From a virus (Duplodnaviria > Caudoviricetes): a stretch of DNA of 26,649 nt. The notes under the pieces are model-generated. The model saw only the letters and a program-made list of their open reading frames with translations. It searched no databases and was not told where the DNA came from. Shown here piece by piece: positions 1 to 8,475 of the stretch; the stretch's first letter is position 1, and each line of letters starts with the position of its first letter. A program made the position numbers and the translations under genes. The stretch is from the IMG/VR virus record IMGVR_UViG_3300030037_000043, positions 1 to 26,649 of that record. One strand, given 5' to 3'.

Positions 1-165
1 TTAGTTCTCTGCAATCCACTGGCGGGCTAGGTGGTAGCGGTCTGCCCCGGTAAAGGACGCCTTGCACAGTGTCCCGCCTTGACGGCTCACATAGACACTG
101 TGGGAATCACTCCAAACGCTATAGCCGTGCAGGTCTTCCTCATGCGTCGTCTGCTCACTAATCAT
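1..165 (-). CDS. small hypothetical early protein (54 aa, MISEQTTHEEDLHG...QWIAEN)
   Basis: Translated by hand (below the ORF-track cutoff). ATG at 165 overlaps the upstream TGA (ATGA coupling) and TAA is at 3-1. Confidence 0.65.
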   Translation of the reverse strand: MISEQTTHEEDLHGYSVWSDSHSVYVSRQGGTLCKASFTGADRYHLARQWIAEN

Positions 166-317
166 CGGTAAGCCCTCGACACTTGGCGCAGAGCATCCCA
201 GACGTTCCCGCCTTGCTTAGCGTATGGCGTCGCCTTGTAGTGGCTCGGTGTTGCTGCCTGTTGGGCTAGTCGTTGCTTGAAGGTGCTCGGTGTGGTCGTG
301 CGTCGCTGTAAAGTCAT
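162..317 (-). CDS. small basic hypothetical early protein (51 aa, MTLQRRTTTPSTFKQ...SRAYR)
   Basis: Translated by hand. ATGA overlaps at both ends (314-317 and 162-165) place it in a translationally coupled chain. Confidence 0.6.
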   Translation of the reverse strand: MTLQRRTTTPSTFKQRLAQQAATPSHYKATPYAKQGGNVWDALRQVSRAYR

Positions 318-508
318 AGTGTCGCCTCTGCCTCACGCCTCTCGCACTCAGCCTTGGCGCGTTGGAGTCCGCGATCCCCTGGGATGCCTATTTGCGCGCA
401 GCGTGTGGAGTGTGTGATTCCCTTGCGGTACACCTCGAAACCTTTGGGAAGACGGAGCACCCAATAGCGGGTGGTTTCGTGTAATACGTCGCTTGCTTTG
501 TAAGTCAT
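314..508 (-). CDS. hypothetical early phage protein (MTYKASDVLHET...)
   Basis: ORF 314..529; start moved to ATG 508, which follows an AGAGGAG Shine-Dalgarno sequence (523-517). Confidence 0.75.
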   Translation of the reverse strand: MTYKASDVLHETTRYWVLRLPKGFEVYRKGITHSTRCAQIGIPGDRGLQRAKAECERREAEATL

Positions 509-522
509 TGCGCTGGCTCCTC

Positions 523-1023
523 TTAGCACTGGTGGAAGTAGTGGCCATTGTCTGAGTACATCTCGAACATCATGTCGCGGGCGAAGCTCTCAACATCGAA
601 GTAAGTGCGGACGTAGTCGGGCACGTCTTGAAGCATCCCAGTGGACTTGATGTGCTCCTCTGCCATCCCCTCATCGCTGCTAAACGACCCCTCGTAGGCA
701 TCCTCAACCTGATCGGTACTGAGCCCGCAAGCTATGCCCGCGTGAAAGACTTCCGCGTCTAGGTGAGAGTTATCAATAGCCTCCATCAACTCAAAGAACG
801 CCTCATCAAGTGACCACTCGCCTACAAATTCTCGCGGGATGTCGTCCACGTCGCACACTATGTATTCCTCGCAAAGCGCGCCTGTTGACTGGGTAAGCGC
901 TTCCCTCCACTCGGTGATTTCCGTCAGGTGGGCGTCGTATGTAATCCCGTCAACATTGAAAGTCTTAGGAATTAAAGTGCCGCCGTTGTAGTTGCTTAGT
1001 TCGTAATAAGTAATTGATGACAT
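523..1023 (-). CDS. ardA: ArdA-family antirestriction protein (DNA mimic inhibiting type I R-M)
   Basis: Very acidic 166 aa protein. N-terminal YNxGxL, central EEYIVCD and C-terminal YFDVESFARDM resemble ArdA motifs (EExxIHD; YFDYEAFARDL). GGAG RBS upstream. Confidence 0.85.
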   Translation of the reverse strand: MSSITYYELSNYNGGTLIPKTFNVDGITYDAHLTEITEWREALTQSTGALCEEYIVCDVDDIPREFVGEWSLDEAFFELMEAIDNSHLDAEVFHAGIACGLSTDQVEDAYEGSFSSDEGMAEEHIKSTGMLQDVPDYVRTYFDVESFARDMMFEMYSDNGHYFHQC

Positions 1024-1042
1024 CGTGATAATCTCCGTTCGT

Positions 1043-1312
1043 TTAGCGGTATCTAACAGTATTTAAAAAGGGGTTTCTTGTGGCCGCATTGAGCCGCTTT
1101 AAATCAGCGAGGTTCATGGAGCGCCCAATTAATAAAAGGGCGCGTCTAGCTGGATAAGTAGTGCGCTTAGTGTCGCCAACTTTCAGCACGACATCACCAA
1201 CGGGGCTTGTATAGTAGAGCGCAGCCTGTAAAGCCTCTGCTCTGTCTTCCGTGGAAACTACCGGCGACTCTGCGCCCGCGTCTAAGTAAATCTCATAAGT
1301 CTCGTTGTGCAT
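1043..1312 (-). CDS. hypothetical protein, first gene of the early operon
   Basis: 89 aa ORF with a purine-rich RBS (AAAGGACAGGGAC-ATG) directly downstream of the promoter. Confidence 0.7.
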   Translation of the reverse strand: MHNETYEIYLDAGAESPVVSTEDRAEALQAALYYTSPVGDVVLKVGDTKRTTYPARRALLLIGRSMNLADLKRLNAATRNPFLNTVRYR

Positions 1313-1341
1313 GTCCCTGTCCTTTCCCGTGTTTGCCCAGT

Positions 1342-1373
1342 CAGTGACGACATAGTAAGCGACCAGTGACGAC
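1342..1373. repeat. 10-bp direct repeat CAGTGACGAC x2 flanking the -10 box (putative operator)
   Basis: Exact copies at 1342-1351 and 1364-1373, period 22 bp. Confidence 0.7.
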
Positions 1374-1430
1374 GACGCAAGTGATAAATTGAATAAAAGT
1401 AAATTAAATAGGAATTAATTAATTAAATGG
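1352..1430 (-). promoter_or_regulatory. sigma70-type early promoter with AT-rich UP region
   Basis: Minus strand: TTGCGT (1380-1375), 17-bp spacer, TACTAT (1357-1352). A very AT-rich tract at 1381-1430 lies upstream. Confidence 0.75.
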
Positions 1431-1472
1431 GTATAGAAGACACTCACATAAACAACGGAGGCCGTCACCTGC

Positions 1473-2015
1473 ATGGCTAATAAAGAGAAGGTTAAAACAC
1501 CGCTGCTAGACGCTTTGATGCCGCGCCGCCGTGCGTTCGTTATTGAATACTTAAACCGCTTTCACCCTAAAGAGGCAGCGCTCAAGGCGGGCTACGCGAA
1601 GGCTACCGCACACGAGAAGAGTAAGTCCTTATTAGAAGAGGATGAAATCAGAGCCGCCCTCAGTGAAGTGCTCGAAGTCAAAGCGGGAGAGATGGAGTCA
1701 GCCAGGGCGGCGGTGGTTGCGCGTCTATTCGCTCAGACTATGGTTTCTATCGCTGACCTCACTAAATGGGATGAGAAGAACCGCAAGCTGATACCACTAG
1801 ACCCTGATGAGGTAGACGCCAACTTTCGCACCTGCCTGGGTTTCCTCACTGTGAGTCGTGAAGGCTTTTGCGTGTTCAATCAAGGAATGCAGTTGCAGAG
1901 CGCTAAGCTATTGCAGTCCTACATGCTATGGGACAAGCACACGCCTGACCTGTTACCGGCGGTGTCCTTCGACTTCTCAGGTCTCAAGCTGGACAACTAC
2001 GAGCACTCGAAGTGA
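1473..2015 (+). CDS. terS: terminase small subunit
   Basis: N-terminal HTH pattern RRAFVIEYL...AALKAGYA..A....LL typical of Terminase_2-like small subunits; GGAGG RBS; lies upstream of terL. Confidence 0.8.
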   Translation: MANKEKVKTPLLDALMPRRRAFVIEYLNRFHPKEAALKAGYAKATAHEKSKSLLEEDEIRAALSEVLEVKAGEMESARAAVVARLFAQTMVSIADLTKWDEKNRKLIPLDPDEVDANFRTCLGFLTVSREGFCVFNQGMQLQSAKLLQSYMLWDKHTPDLLPAVSFDFSGLKLDNYEHSK

Positions 2016-2598
2016 ACAGGGAGTAAGCCTTACGCACTGCGAAGCCTTAAGCACGCCAGTAGTGTGCTGGAAGTAGAACATAAGGTGTTGCTAATGTAAC
2101 CCACCGATGCACACGGGCAAGGACGCTCGTTATATCAGGGGTTACGAATATAAGCTGGGAGAATCCCCGCAACTGTACCCAAACTGTACCCCGATTCGCT
2201 AACCCATTGAAAAACAAGAAGTTATCGAAGATTAAACATCATTAAGTCCCCTCCCAGGCCCCGAATTGAGCCAAACGGAGGCACCCCACCCCCCTTATAT
2301 ACAAGCGTGCGCGGGCGATGGCTAGCATGGCAATACGTCTTTTAGTCCACTTTTAGCCCCAGGGATGACCATCAAAAACCACTAGCAAACCATCAGTAAA
2401 CCCGCGCCTTCCTTAAGGCATCCAGTTGTTATAACTATTGGTTATAAGCGGGGGGGGGCGACCACTAGATCACCCGTAGAACACGACCAGCAAGCGGCTA
2501 GAACGCCTTCTGGCTACGACTCCATGCCTTCTGGCTACGACTCCACCTCTCCCGGCCACCTCTGGTCATCCACTTGACCACTTAAGGCCACTCTACCT
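2016..2598. other. non-coding terS-terL spacer with tandem repeats, hairpins and IHF-like sites (candidate packaging/terminus region)
   Basis: No ORF of 60 aa or more lies within it. Repeats at 2025-2037/2042-2054, 2171-2180/2182-2191 and 2505-2524/2526-2545; inverted repeat TTATAAC/GTTATAA at 2429-2447; G-run at 2450-2458. Confidence 0.55.
2505..2545. repeat. 20-bp perfect tandem repeat GCCTTCTGGCTACGACTCCA x2
   Basis: Copies at 2505-2524 and 2526-2545, period 21. Confidence 0.9.
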
Positions 2599-4119
2599 AT
2601 GTCCGACATCACCATTAAGTATGAAGCGTCACCTACGGGCCACGACTTCCACAACTCTCACGCTGATGTTCGCGGCGTAATGGGGCCGGTAGGCTCCGGT
2701 AAGTCCACCATGATGATTATCGAATTGATAATGATGGCGGTACTTCAGAAGCCCGACAAGTACAACAAACGTACCTCTAAGTGGGTGATCGTCCGAGAGA
2801 CATACCCGCAGCTACGCAATACGGTCTTCGAGTCCTTCAAGCTCTGGCTGAAGCCGAATGAGATTACCTGTCGTTACACGGAGTCGGCACCAATGCGTAT
2901 TCGGTGGACTGACAAGATGTCTGATGGCACGACTATGAACGCTGAGTTCATCTTCATGGCCGTAGCGAAGCCGCAGGACTATGAGAACCTGAAGTCGCTT
3001 GAGCTGACTGGTGGCTTCATCAATGAGTGCGGCGCAATGGATTACGATGTCGTGACGACTGTGCTCTCTCGATTAGGTCGTTACCCAGCACCCGTCGATG
3101 CCGTCGATGAAGACAATCCGATCACCCGAGTAAGCCTATTGCTCGATACGAACCCGCCTGAAGATGACGGATGGTTCGCTGAGAAGTTACTCAATCCTCC
3201 TCGTGGATGGGAGTTGTGGAAGCAGCCTGGAGCTCTCGTTAAAGACTCCGCGTCTGACTACGGCTACAGCCTGAATCCTACCGGCGAGAACTTCAAGTAT
3301 CTCGGAGTAGGGCCAGTCGCTTACTACTTGAACAAAGTAGGTGCAATGACGCCCGAGCAGATCAGCGTCCTCTTCTGCGGTGAGTTCGGTGTCACATTAG
3401 ATGGTCGTGCGATTTATCGTCGTCAATGGTCGGATGATTACCACGTCGCTAAGGCGGAACTATCGGCTGTTCCTTCGCAGAACAAGGCGCAGATTCTACT
3501 CGGCTGGGATTGGGGTAAAGGTGGTGAAGCCTGCATCGTAGGCCAGATGCTCCCGACGGGTCAGCTCCGAATTCTCCATGAAATTATCGCTGAGAATATC
3601 GGCCTCGCAGACTTCGCTAAGAACTTCGTCAAGCCTCTATTGGAGCAGTACTACCCGAAGGATAAGTTCGAGATTATCTCAGTAGGAGACCCGGCTGGTG
3701 TCGCCTCTCATGGCCTCGCACAGAACGGGCTGAACTACTTCGATGTCTTGAATAATAGTCGTACCGGCATATTCCGTGACTGGTTCTCGACGACGCCTGC
3801 CCGTAGTAACCATGTAGAACTCCGCCTGAATTCTGTACGCCATTTCCTAACAGAGAAGACACCTAATGGTGCCCCGATGCTCCAGCTTAATCGTGAGTGT
3901 TCGGTGCTCCGTAAGGGCTTCAATGCCGCTTATTGTTACGAGCGGAAACAGGTAGCAGGCAAGGCGCAATACAAGGATTCACCGACTAAAGGGCCGTCGA
4001 GCCATCCCCACGACGCCCTTCAATATCTGTGCCTCCACGCACACCCCGATTACAAACGATTGGTTACGCACACTGAGTTCGTCACACGGCGGGCAGTCGA
4101 TCCAATTACTAATTATTAA
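2599..4119 (+). CDS. terL: terminase large subunit
   Basis: Walker A GPVGSGKS, Walker B-like GFINEC, coupling motif DTNPP, and nuclease acidic residues in LGWDWG, GDPAG and HPHDALQY. Confidence 0.93.
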   Translation: MSDITIKYEASPTGHDFHNSHADVRGVMGPVGSGKSTMMIIELIMMAVLQKPDKYNKRTSKWVIVRETYPQLRNTVFESFKLWLKPNEITCRYTESAPMRIRWTDKMSDGTTMNAEFIFMAVAKPQDYENLKSLELTGGFINECGAMDYDVVTTVLSRLGRYPAPVDAVDEDNPITRVSLLLDTNPPEDDGWFAEKLLNPPRGWELWKQPGALVKDSASDYGYSLNPTGENFKYLGVGPVAYYLNKVGAMTPEQISVLFCGEFGVTLDGRAIYRRQWSDDYHVAKAELSAVPSQNKAQILLGWDWGKGGEACIVGQMLPTGQLRILHEIIAENIGLADFAKNFVKPLLEQYYPKDKFEIISVGDPAGVASHGLAQNGLNYFDVLNNSRTGIFRDWFSTTPARSNHVELRLNSVRHFLTEKTPNGAPMLQLNRECSVLRKGFNAAYCYERKQVAGKAQYKDSPTKGPSSHPHDALQYLCLHAHPDYKRLVTHTEFVTRRAVDPITNY

Positions 4120-4133
4120 GGTGCTACCGCTAC

Positions 4134-6467
4134 ATGGATAAAACCTTCAAAGATGACTACGACATGGAGTTCGCTAAAGACGACTCTCTGCCCGATGAGG
4201 AGCTGACTGAAGACCAGTTGCGCCTCCGTAATACACACGCCCTGGCCACCACGTTAGCCGGTGAACGCGCCAAGGCTATCAACGATAAGCGGGAGTCCGT
4301 CGATACCCGATTAGTCGATGCTGCCCGCTCCTACAAGGGTGCTACTGATGATGCAGGCCGCGATAGCCTTGCAGCACAATTCAGTACGCCTGATGTGGCA
4401 AGCCGTGTCTATCACAACATTACCCGGCAGGTTACGAACGACGGAGCCAGCCAGTTAGGCGACCTATTGTTCCCGTCGGATGATAAGAACTACGGCCTGA
4501 ACCCCGCGCCCCTTGCAGCGCCTCCTCTGGCACTTGCTGCTGAACCCGCCGTCGATGGTGATGGCGAGCCGTTGCTCGACGGTGAAGGCACTGCGCTCAC
4601 TAATCAGCAGGCTCATACCCGACGCGTCGAACGCACCCGGCAGAAGGGTAAGCGCATGTTCACTAAGGTAGACGCTGCTCTGATTGACGCGACCTACCCA
4701 CAGAAAGGGCGTCGTTGCATCCTTGATGCCGCAATGTACGGCACAGGCATTCTCAAAGGGCCAATCCCGAATAAGAAGTCAGAACGATGGGCTAAACGAA
4801 CGGACGGTAAGTACAGCCTGAAGACTTCCGGTGAGTTGGCTCCCGGCGTTAAGGTCGTTTCACCTTTCGACTTCTACCCTGATATGTCGGCCACCGAGCC
4901 GGACGAATGGGGTTACACCTGGGAGCGCGCCTTCCTGTCTCCCTTCCAGCTTCAGAAGGCCGCTAAGCAGAAGGGCTTTGCTGAACGAGAGGTCACGCGC
5001 CTGCTGACTGTTGGCCCTCTATCCGTAGGCTCAATGGCTGATGAGGCGAGAGAGTCGGCGCGGGAAGAAAGCTACGGGAAGAACCTATCGACAGGCCGCT
5101 TTGAACTATGGGAGCGACACGGCCCATTAGAGCGCAAGTCGTTGGCTGCGTATGGCGTCGAGGCTCCCGGTACTGATATGTGGTTGGACTGCGTGGTCTA
5201 CATGATTAACGACCGCGTGCTACAGGTCTCCATCACGCCTTACGAACGGGCAGCGACGGTCTACTCAGTATTCAACTGGGACGAAGACCCGCTATCTGTA
5301 TTCGGCTATGGCATCCCGTACCTGATGTCTGATCCGCAGCACGTCTATAACACAGCATGGCGTATGACCCTGGATAACGCGGGTGTCTCTACCATGCCGC
5401 AGGTCGTTATCGACAAGCTCCAGATTAAGCCCGCCGATGGCGGCAACGACTACTCTTTAAAGTCAGGCAAGGTGTGGGAGCGGGTCGGTGAAGTCTACTC
5501 CGCAGAACGCCGCGACAAGCCCTTCGAGCTGTTCCACATCACTCAGGATATTCAGCAGCTATTCGGCATCATGGATAGGTCGTTACAGGACGCTTACGAG
5601 CTGACTGGCGTGACCCGAGTCGATAAGACACAGCAGATGAACGATAACGCGCCGGTCACTTTAGGTGCTACTCAGATTCAGCAGAACAACAGCTCTGTGA
5701 GTCGTCGCTCTCAAGCACGCCGGTACGACGATCAGATCACCGCAACACTGATTCAGCGCTTCTACGACTACTTTATGCAGTTTGAAGATGACGATGACAT
5801 CAAGGCGGTATTAGTCGTTGAACCGCGTGGCTCCACGATCCTGTTATCGAAGGAGTTGCAGGCGACTAACCTGATGACCTTCTACCAGATGACTTCCGGT
5901 GGTCAAGCTGAAGGCGTTAAGGAGCTTCCACTGCTCCGTGCTATCTCCAGCTCCATGCAGCATCCCGAAGGTCAATTTATAAGCACTGACGATGAGATGG
6001 CTAAAGTCGCTGAAGACGCGGCGAATAACCCACCGCCTCCTGATCCTGCTATCGAGCTGGAGAACCGGAAACTGGAAGTCTCTGAAGCTGAAGTTGAGCT
6101 GGCCCAGGGTCGTCTGCAATTAGACGCCCAGGTGAAAGAAGCTGATTACCAGTTGCGCGTCGCTGAGTCTGAACGGAAGTTTGAGCTTGAGTACGCGAAG
6201 CTAGATGCCACCGAAAGGGCGGCGATGGATAAGTCGCAATCCGAGTTCTCGAAGATTGAACTGAAGGCTAACTTCGACGCACAGATCAAGGCTGAAATAG
6301 AGCGTAACAAGCGCGATATGAAGGCGGCTGACTTATCCACCAAGCAAGCTAATGACCAGCAGACTTCTACTAAAACAGCAGCAGAGCTAGGGCTCCGGCA
6401 ACAATCCGAAGACCGTCAAGACGCCGAGCTGCATCATAAGATCACGACCGGCCAACCCGGCATTTAA
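4134..6467 (+). CDS. portal protein (P22/N4-like, long C-terminal coiled coil)
   Basis: 777 aa directly after terL. Motifs YGTGILKGP, VSPFDFYPD and FGYGIPYLM..PQ match podovirus portals; helical C-terminal tail. Confidence 0.85.
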   Translation: MDKTFKDDYDMEFAKDDSLPDEELTEDQLRLRNTHALATTLAGERAKAINDKRESVDTRLVDAARSYKGATDDAGRDSLAAQFSTPDVASRVYHNITRQVTNDGASQLGDLLFPSDDKNYGLNPAPLAAPPLALAAEPAVDGDGEPLLDGEGTALTNQQAHTRRVERTRQKGKRMFTKVDAALIDATYPQKGRRCILDAAMYGTGILKGPIPNKKSERWAKRTDGKYSLKTSGELAPGVKVVSPFDFYPDMSATEPDEWGYTWERAFLSPFQLQKAAKQKGFAEREVTRLLTVGPLSVGSMADEARESAREESYGKNLSTGRFELWERHGPLERKSLAAYGVEAPGTDMWLDCVVYMINDRVLQVSITPYERAATVYSVFNWDEDPLSVFGYGIPYLMSDPQHVYNTAWRMTLDNAGVSTMPQVVIDKLQIKPADGGNDYSLKSGKVWERVGEVYSAERRDKPFELFHITQDIQQLFGIMDRSLQDAYELTGVTRVDKTQQMNDNAPVTLGATQIQQNNSSVSRRSQARRYDDQITATLIQRFYDYFMQFEDDDDIKAVLVVEPRGSTILLSKELQATNLMTFYQMTSGGQAEGVKELPLLRAISSSMQHPEGQFISTDDEMAKVAEDAANNPPPPDPAIELENRKLEVSEAEVELAQGRLQLDAQVKEADYQLRVAESERKFELEYAKLDATERAAMDKSQSEFSKIELKANFDAQIKAEIERNKRDMKAADLSTKQANDQQTSTKTAAELGLRQQSEDRQDAELHHKITTGQPGI

Positions 6468-6573
6468 CTACCGTTACTCCTCGCCGTACTCCTTACGGCT
6501 CCAGGTCTAACTCCATAAAAGAGCGGTTCCCTCCGATTCACTTCGGACGCAGCCGTTCGCCCGAGGAAACTTA

Positions 6574-7389
6574 ATGTCACAAGATTCAATTGCTCCACAG
6601 GACACTTCTCAGACTGGTTACGACGCTGAGTGGGCTCTCGAAGATGGCAACACCGACAGCCCACCTAAAGTAGCAGTTAACGACTCTGAGCAAGACCGAA
6701 AGACTGAAGATGAAGGAACCGCACCCGAATCTACAGCACAAGATGGTACTCAAGATGCTCCCAAAGGGGAGTCTGGAAGTAAGGCTGCGGAGCCTGAAAC
6801 AGACGAACCCTTCGCCGGTATGACTGAAGATCAGATTGCAGCTCATCGCAAAGCTGAGCGAGATGGCAAAGCGATGGCAGGCCGCCACCGTTTAGCTCAA
6901 GACCGAATGTCCCACCTTGAGAAGCAGCTCGATGAACAGCGAAAGCTGAACGGCGAACTGACTGACCAAGCTCGTACACCGTCTGAGTTTGAGCAGGCCC
7001 ACCCTGAGTACTTTAAGGAACTCAAAGATGAGTTTGGCACGAAAGGGGAGCCCAGCTCGCCCGATGTTGATGCAGGGAAGAGTGAGTACGATGAAGCCGA
7101 CGCGATCATCGACGCTCACCCTGATGCTGGGGATGTTTATGCCTCTGCTGAGTTCAACACCTGGCTAAGCGCACAGCCTCCTCAATCTATGGCTGACATT
7201 AATTCTACTCAAGCCTCTGAAGTAATCCCCGTTATCGCCGCGTACAAGACCTACGTCGCTGACGCCGAGAAAGCCAACCTGCAATCAATCGCAGATGTCG
7301 GTGGCACTTCCGCTCAGCCTGATTTAAGGGTCGCCTCACAACGCTCCTCGCAAGAGCTGTACGACGCTGAATGGGCCAATGACGACTAA
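6574..7389 (+). CDS. capsid scaffolding protein (putative)
   Basis: Acidic, low-complexity N-terminus plus coiled coil; lies between portal and capsid; GAGG RBS. Confidence 0.7.
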   Translation: MSQDSIAPQDTSQTGYDAEWALEDGNTDSPPKVAVNDSEQDRKTEDEGTAPESTAQDGTQDAPKGESGSKAAEPETDEPFAGMTEDQIAAHRKAERDGKAMAGRHRLAQDRMSHLEKQLDEQRKLNGELTDQARTPSEFEQAHPEYFKELKDEFGTKGEPSSPDVDAGKSEYDEADAIIDAHPDAGDVYASAEFNTWLSAQPPQSMADINSTQASEVIPVIAAYKTYVADAEKANLQSIADVGGTSAQPDLRVASQRSSQELYDAEWANDD

Positions 7390-7404
7390 TTAAGGAACAC
7401 GCAC

Positions 7405-8400
7405 ATGGCTTTAGAAAACGTATATGGTGACATCACTGGCACCGTTGCCGCTCAGTTAGAAAAGAACGCCCTTCGCCACGTTAAGCCCTTCCTGGTGCTG
7501 GACTACGGTGCTAAGAAGTTCACCCAGCCTAAGAATGCGACACAGACTGTTCGGGCACGTCGCGCCATCCCTTACGCCGCTGCCACCACGCCGCTGTCCG
7601 AGGGTGTCCCTCCTTCCGCTACCCAGATTCGCTACGAGCAGATCGACCTCGTACTGAAGCAGTACGGCGGCTTCACGCCCACTACTGACATTCTGATCGA
7701 CTTCCACACCACGCCTGTTCTGAAGGACATCAACGAGTTGAATGCGGAGCAAGTCGCCGCCACTCGTGAAGCGCTGTTGTGGGGCAAGTTGAAGGCCGCT
7801 ACCAACGTCCAGTACGCGAACGGCGTCGGCTCATTGGGTGCTGTAATCGCTCCTTTAAATAAGGATGAACAAGAGAAGGCTGTTCGTACCTTGCAGCGCA
7901 ATAAGGCGAAGCTGTTCACTCAGATCGTTACAGGTGGTGTTAAAGAGAACACCTTCCCCATCGAAGCGGCCTACATCGGCTTCGTCCATACGGACAGCGA
8001 GAAGGTTATTCGTGCCATGGACGGCTTCGTGCCCTGTGCCAAGTACGGCTCCCAGGCCAAAATCTGCGAGCATGAGTTCGGCTCTGTCGATAACGTCCGC
8101 TACTGTAGTTCTCCCGACCTCGACCCTCAGATTGATGCGGGTGGCGCGAAGGGTGACAAGATTTCCACTACTGGCACCCTTGCTGATGTCTATACCGCGT
8201 TGTACTGCGGCATGGAGGCTTATGGCTGTGTGAACTTCGCAGGTAAAGGTGCGTTCACTCCCGTCGTTCGCGGTGTTGGTAAGCCTACTGATACCGATCC
8301 TCTCGGTCAGACCGGCCACGCTGGTTGGAAGATGTACACCGCAGAGGAGATTCTGAACGCTGATTGGGTCGTCGCTGTTAAGCACACCATCGTCGATTAA
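7405..8400 (+). CDS. major capsid protein, N4-gp56-like family
   Basis: 331 aa with YGDI start, PKN.TQTV..RR, PLSEGVPP, LKQYGGF and C-terminal DPLGQ.G..GWK motifs; AAGGA RBS; followed by a terminator. Confidence 0.9.
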   Translation: MALENVYGDITGTVAAQLEKNALRHVKPFLVLDYGAKKFTQPKNATQTVRARRAIPYAAATTPLSEGVPPSATQIRYEQIDLVLKQYGGFTPTTDILIDFHTTPVLKDINELNAEQVAATREALLWGKLKAATNVQYANGVGSLGAVIAPLNKDEQEKAVRTLQRNKAKLFTQIVTGGVKENTFPIEAAYIGFVHTDSEKVIRAMDGFVPCAKYGSQAKICEHEFGSVDNVRYCSSPDLDPQIDAGGAKGDKISTTGTLADVYTALYCGMEAYGCVNFAGKGAFTPVVRGVGKPTDTDPLGQTGHAGWKMYTAEEILNADWVVAVKHTIVD

Positions 8401-8417
8401 TCATTAACTGACGGTAC

Positions 8418-8454
8418 AAGGGGTCACTACGTTCTGTAGTGGCCTCTCTTATTT
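8418..8454 (+). terminator. intrinsic terminator after the major capsid gene
   Basis: Stem GGGGTCACTAC (8420-8430) / GTAGTGGCCTC (8436-8446), followed by TCTTATTT. Confidence 0.75.
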
Positions 8455-8475
8455 CAATAAGACATTCGAGGAAGT

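Noticed and set aside
1858-2076. 72-aa plus-strand ORF overlapping the terS 3' end
   Set aside because: Out-of-frame overlap with terS, no convincing RBS, and Cys/Ser-rich shadow composition.
2171-2224. Integrase arm-type repeats plus IHF sites suggesting attP
   Set aside because: No integrase or tRNA-like core sequence in the window; a packaging role fits the position better. Kept only as an alternative.
2505-2545. Possible CRISPR or mini-array
   Set aside because: Only two copies separated by 1 nt; no spacers and no cas genes.
7855-8385. 176-aa antisense ORF within the capsid gene, and similar antisense ORFs in portal, scaffold, tail and ejection genes
   Set aside because: Explained by the codon bias of the sense genes; no RBS or recognisable motifs.
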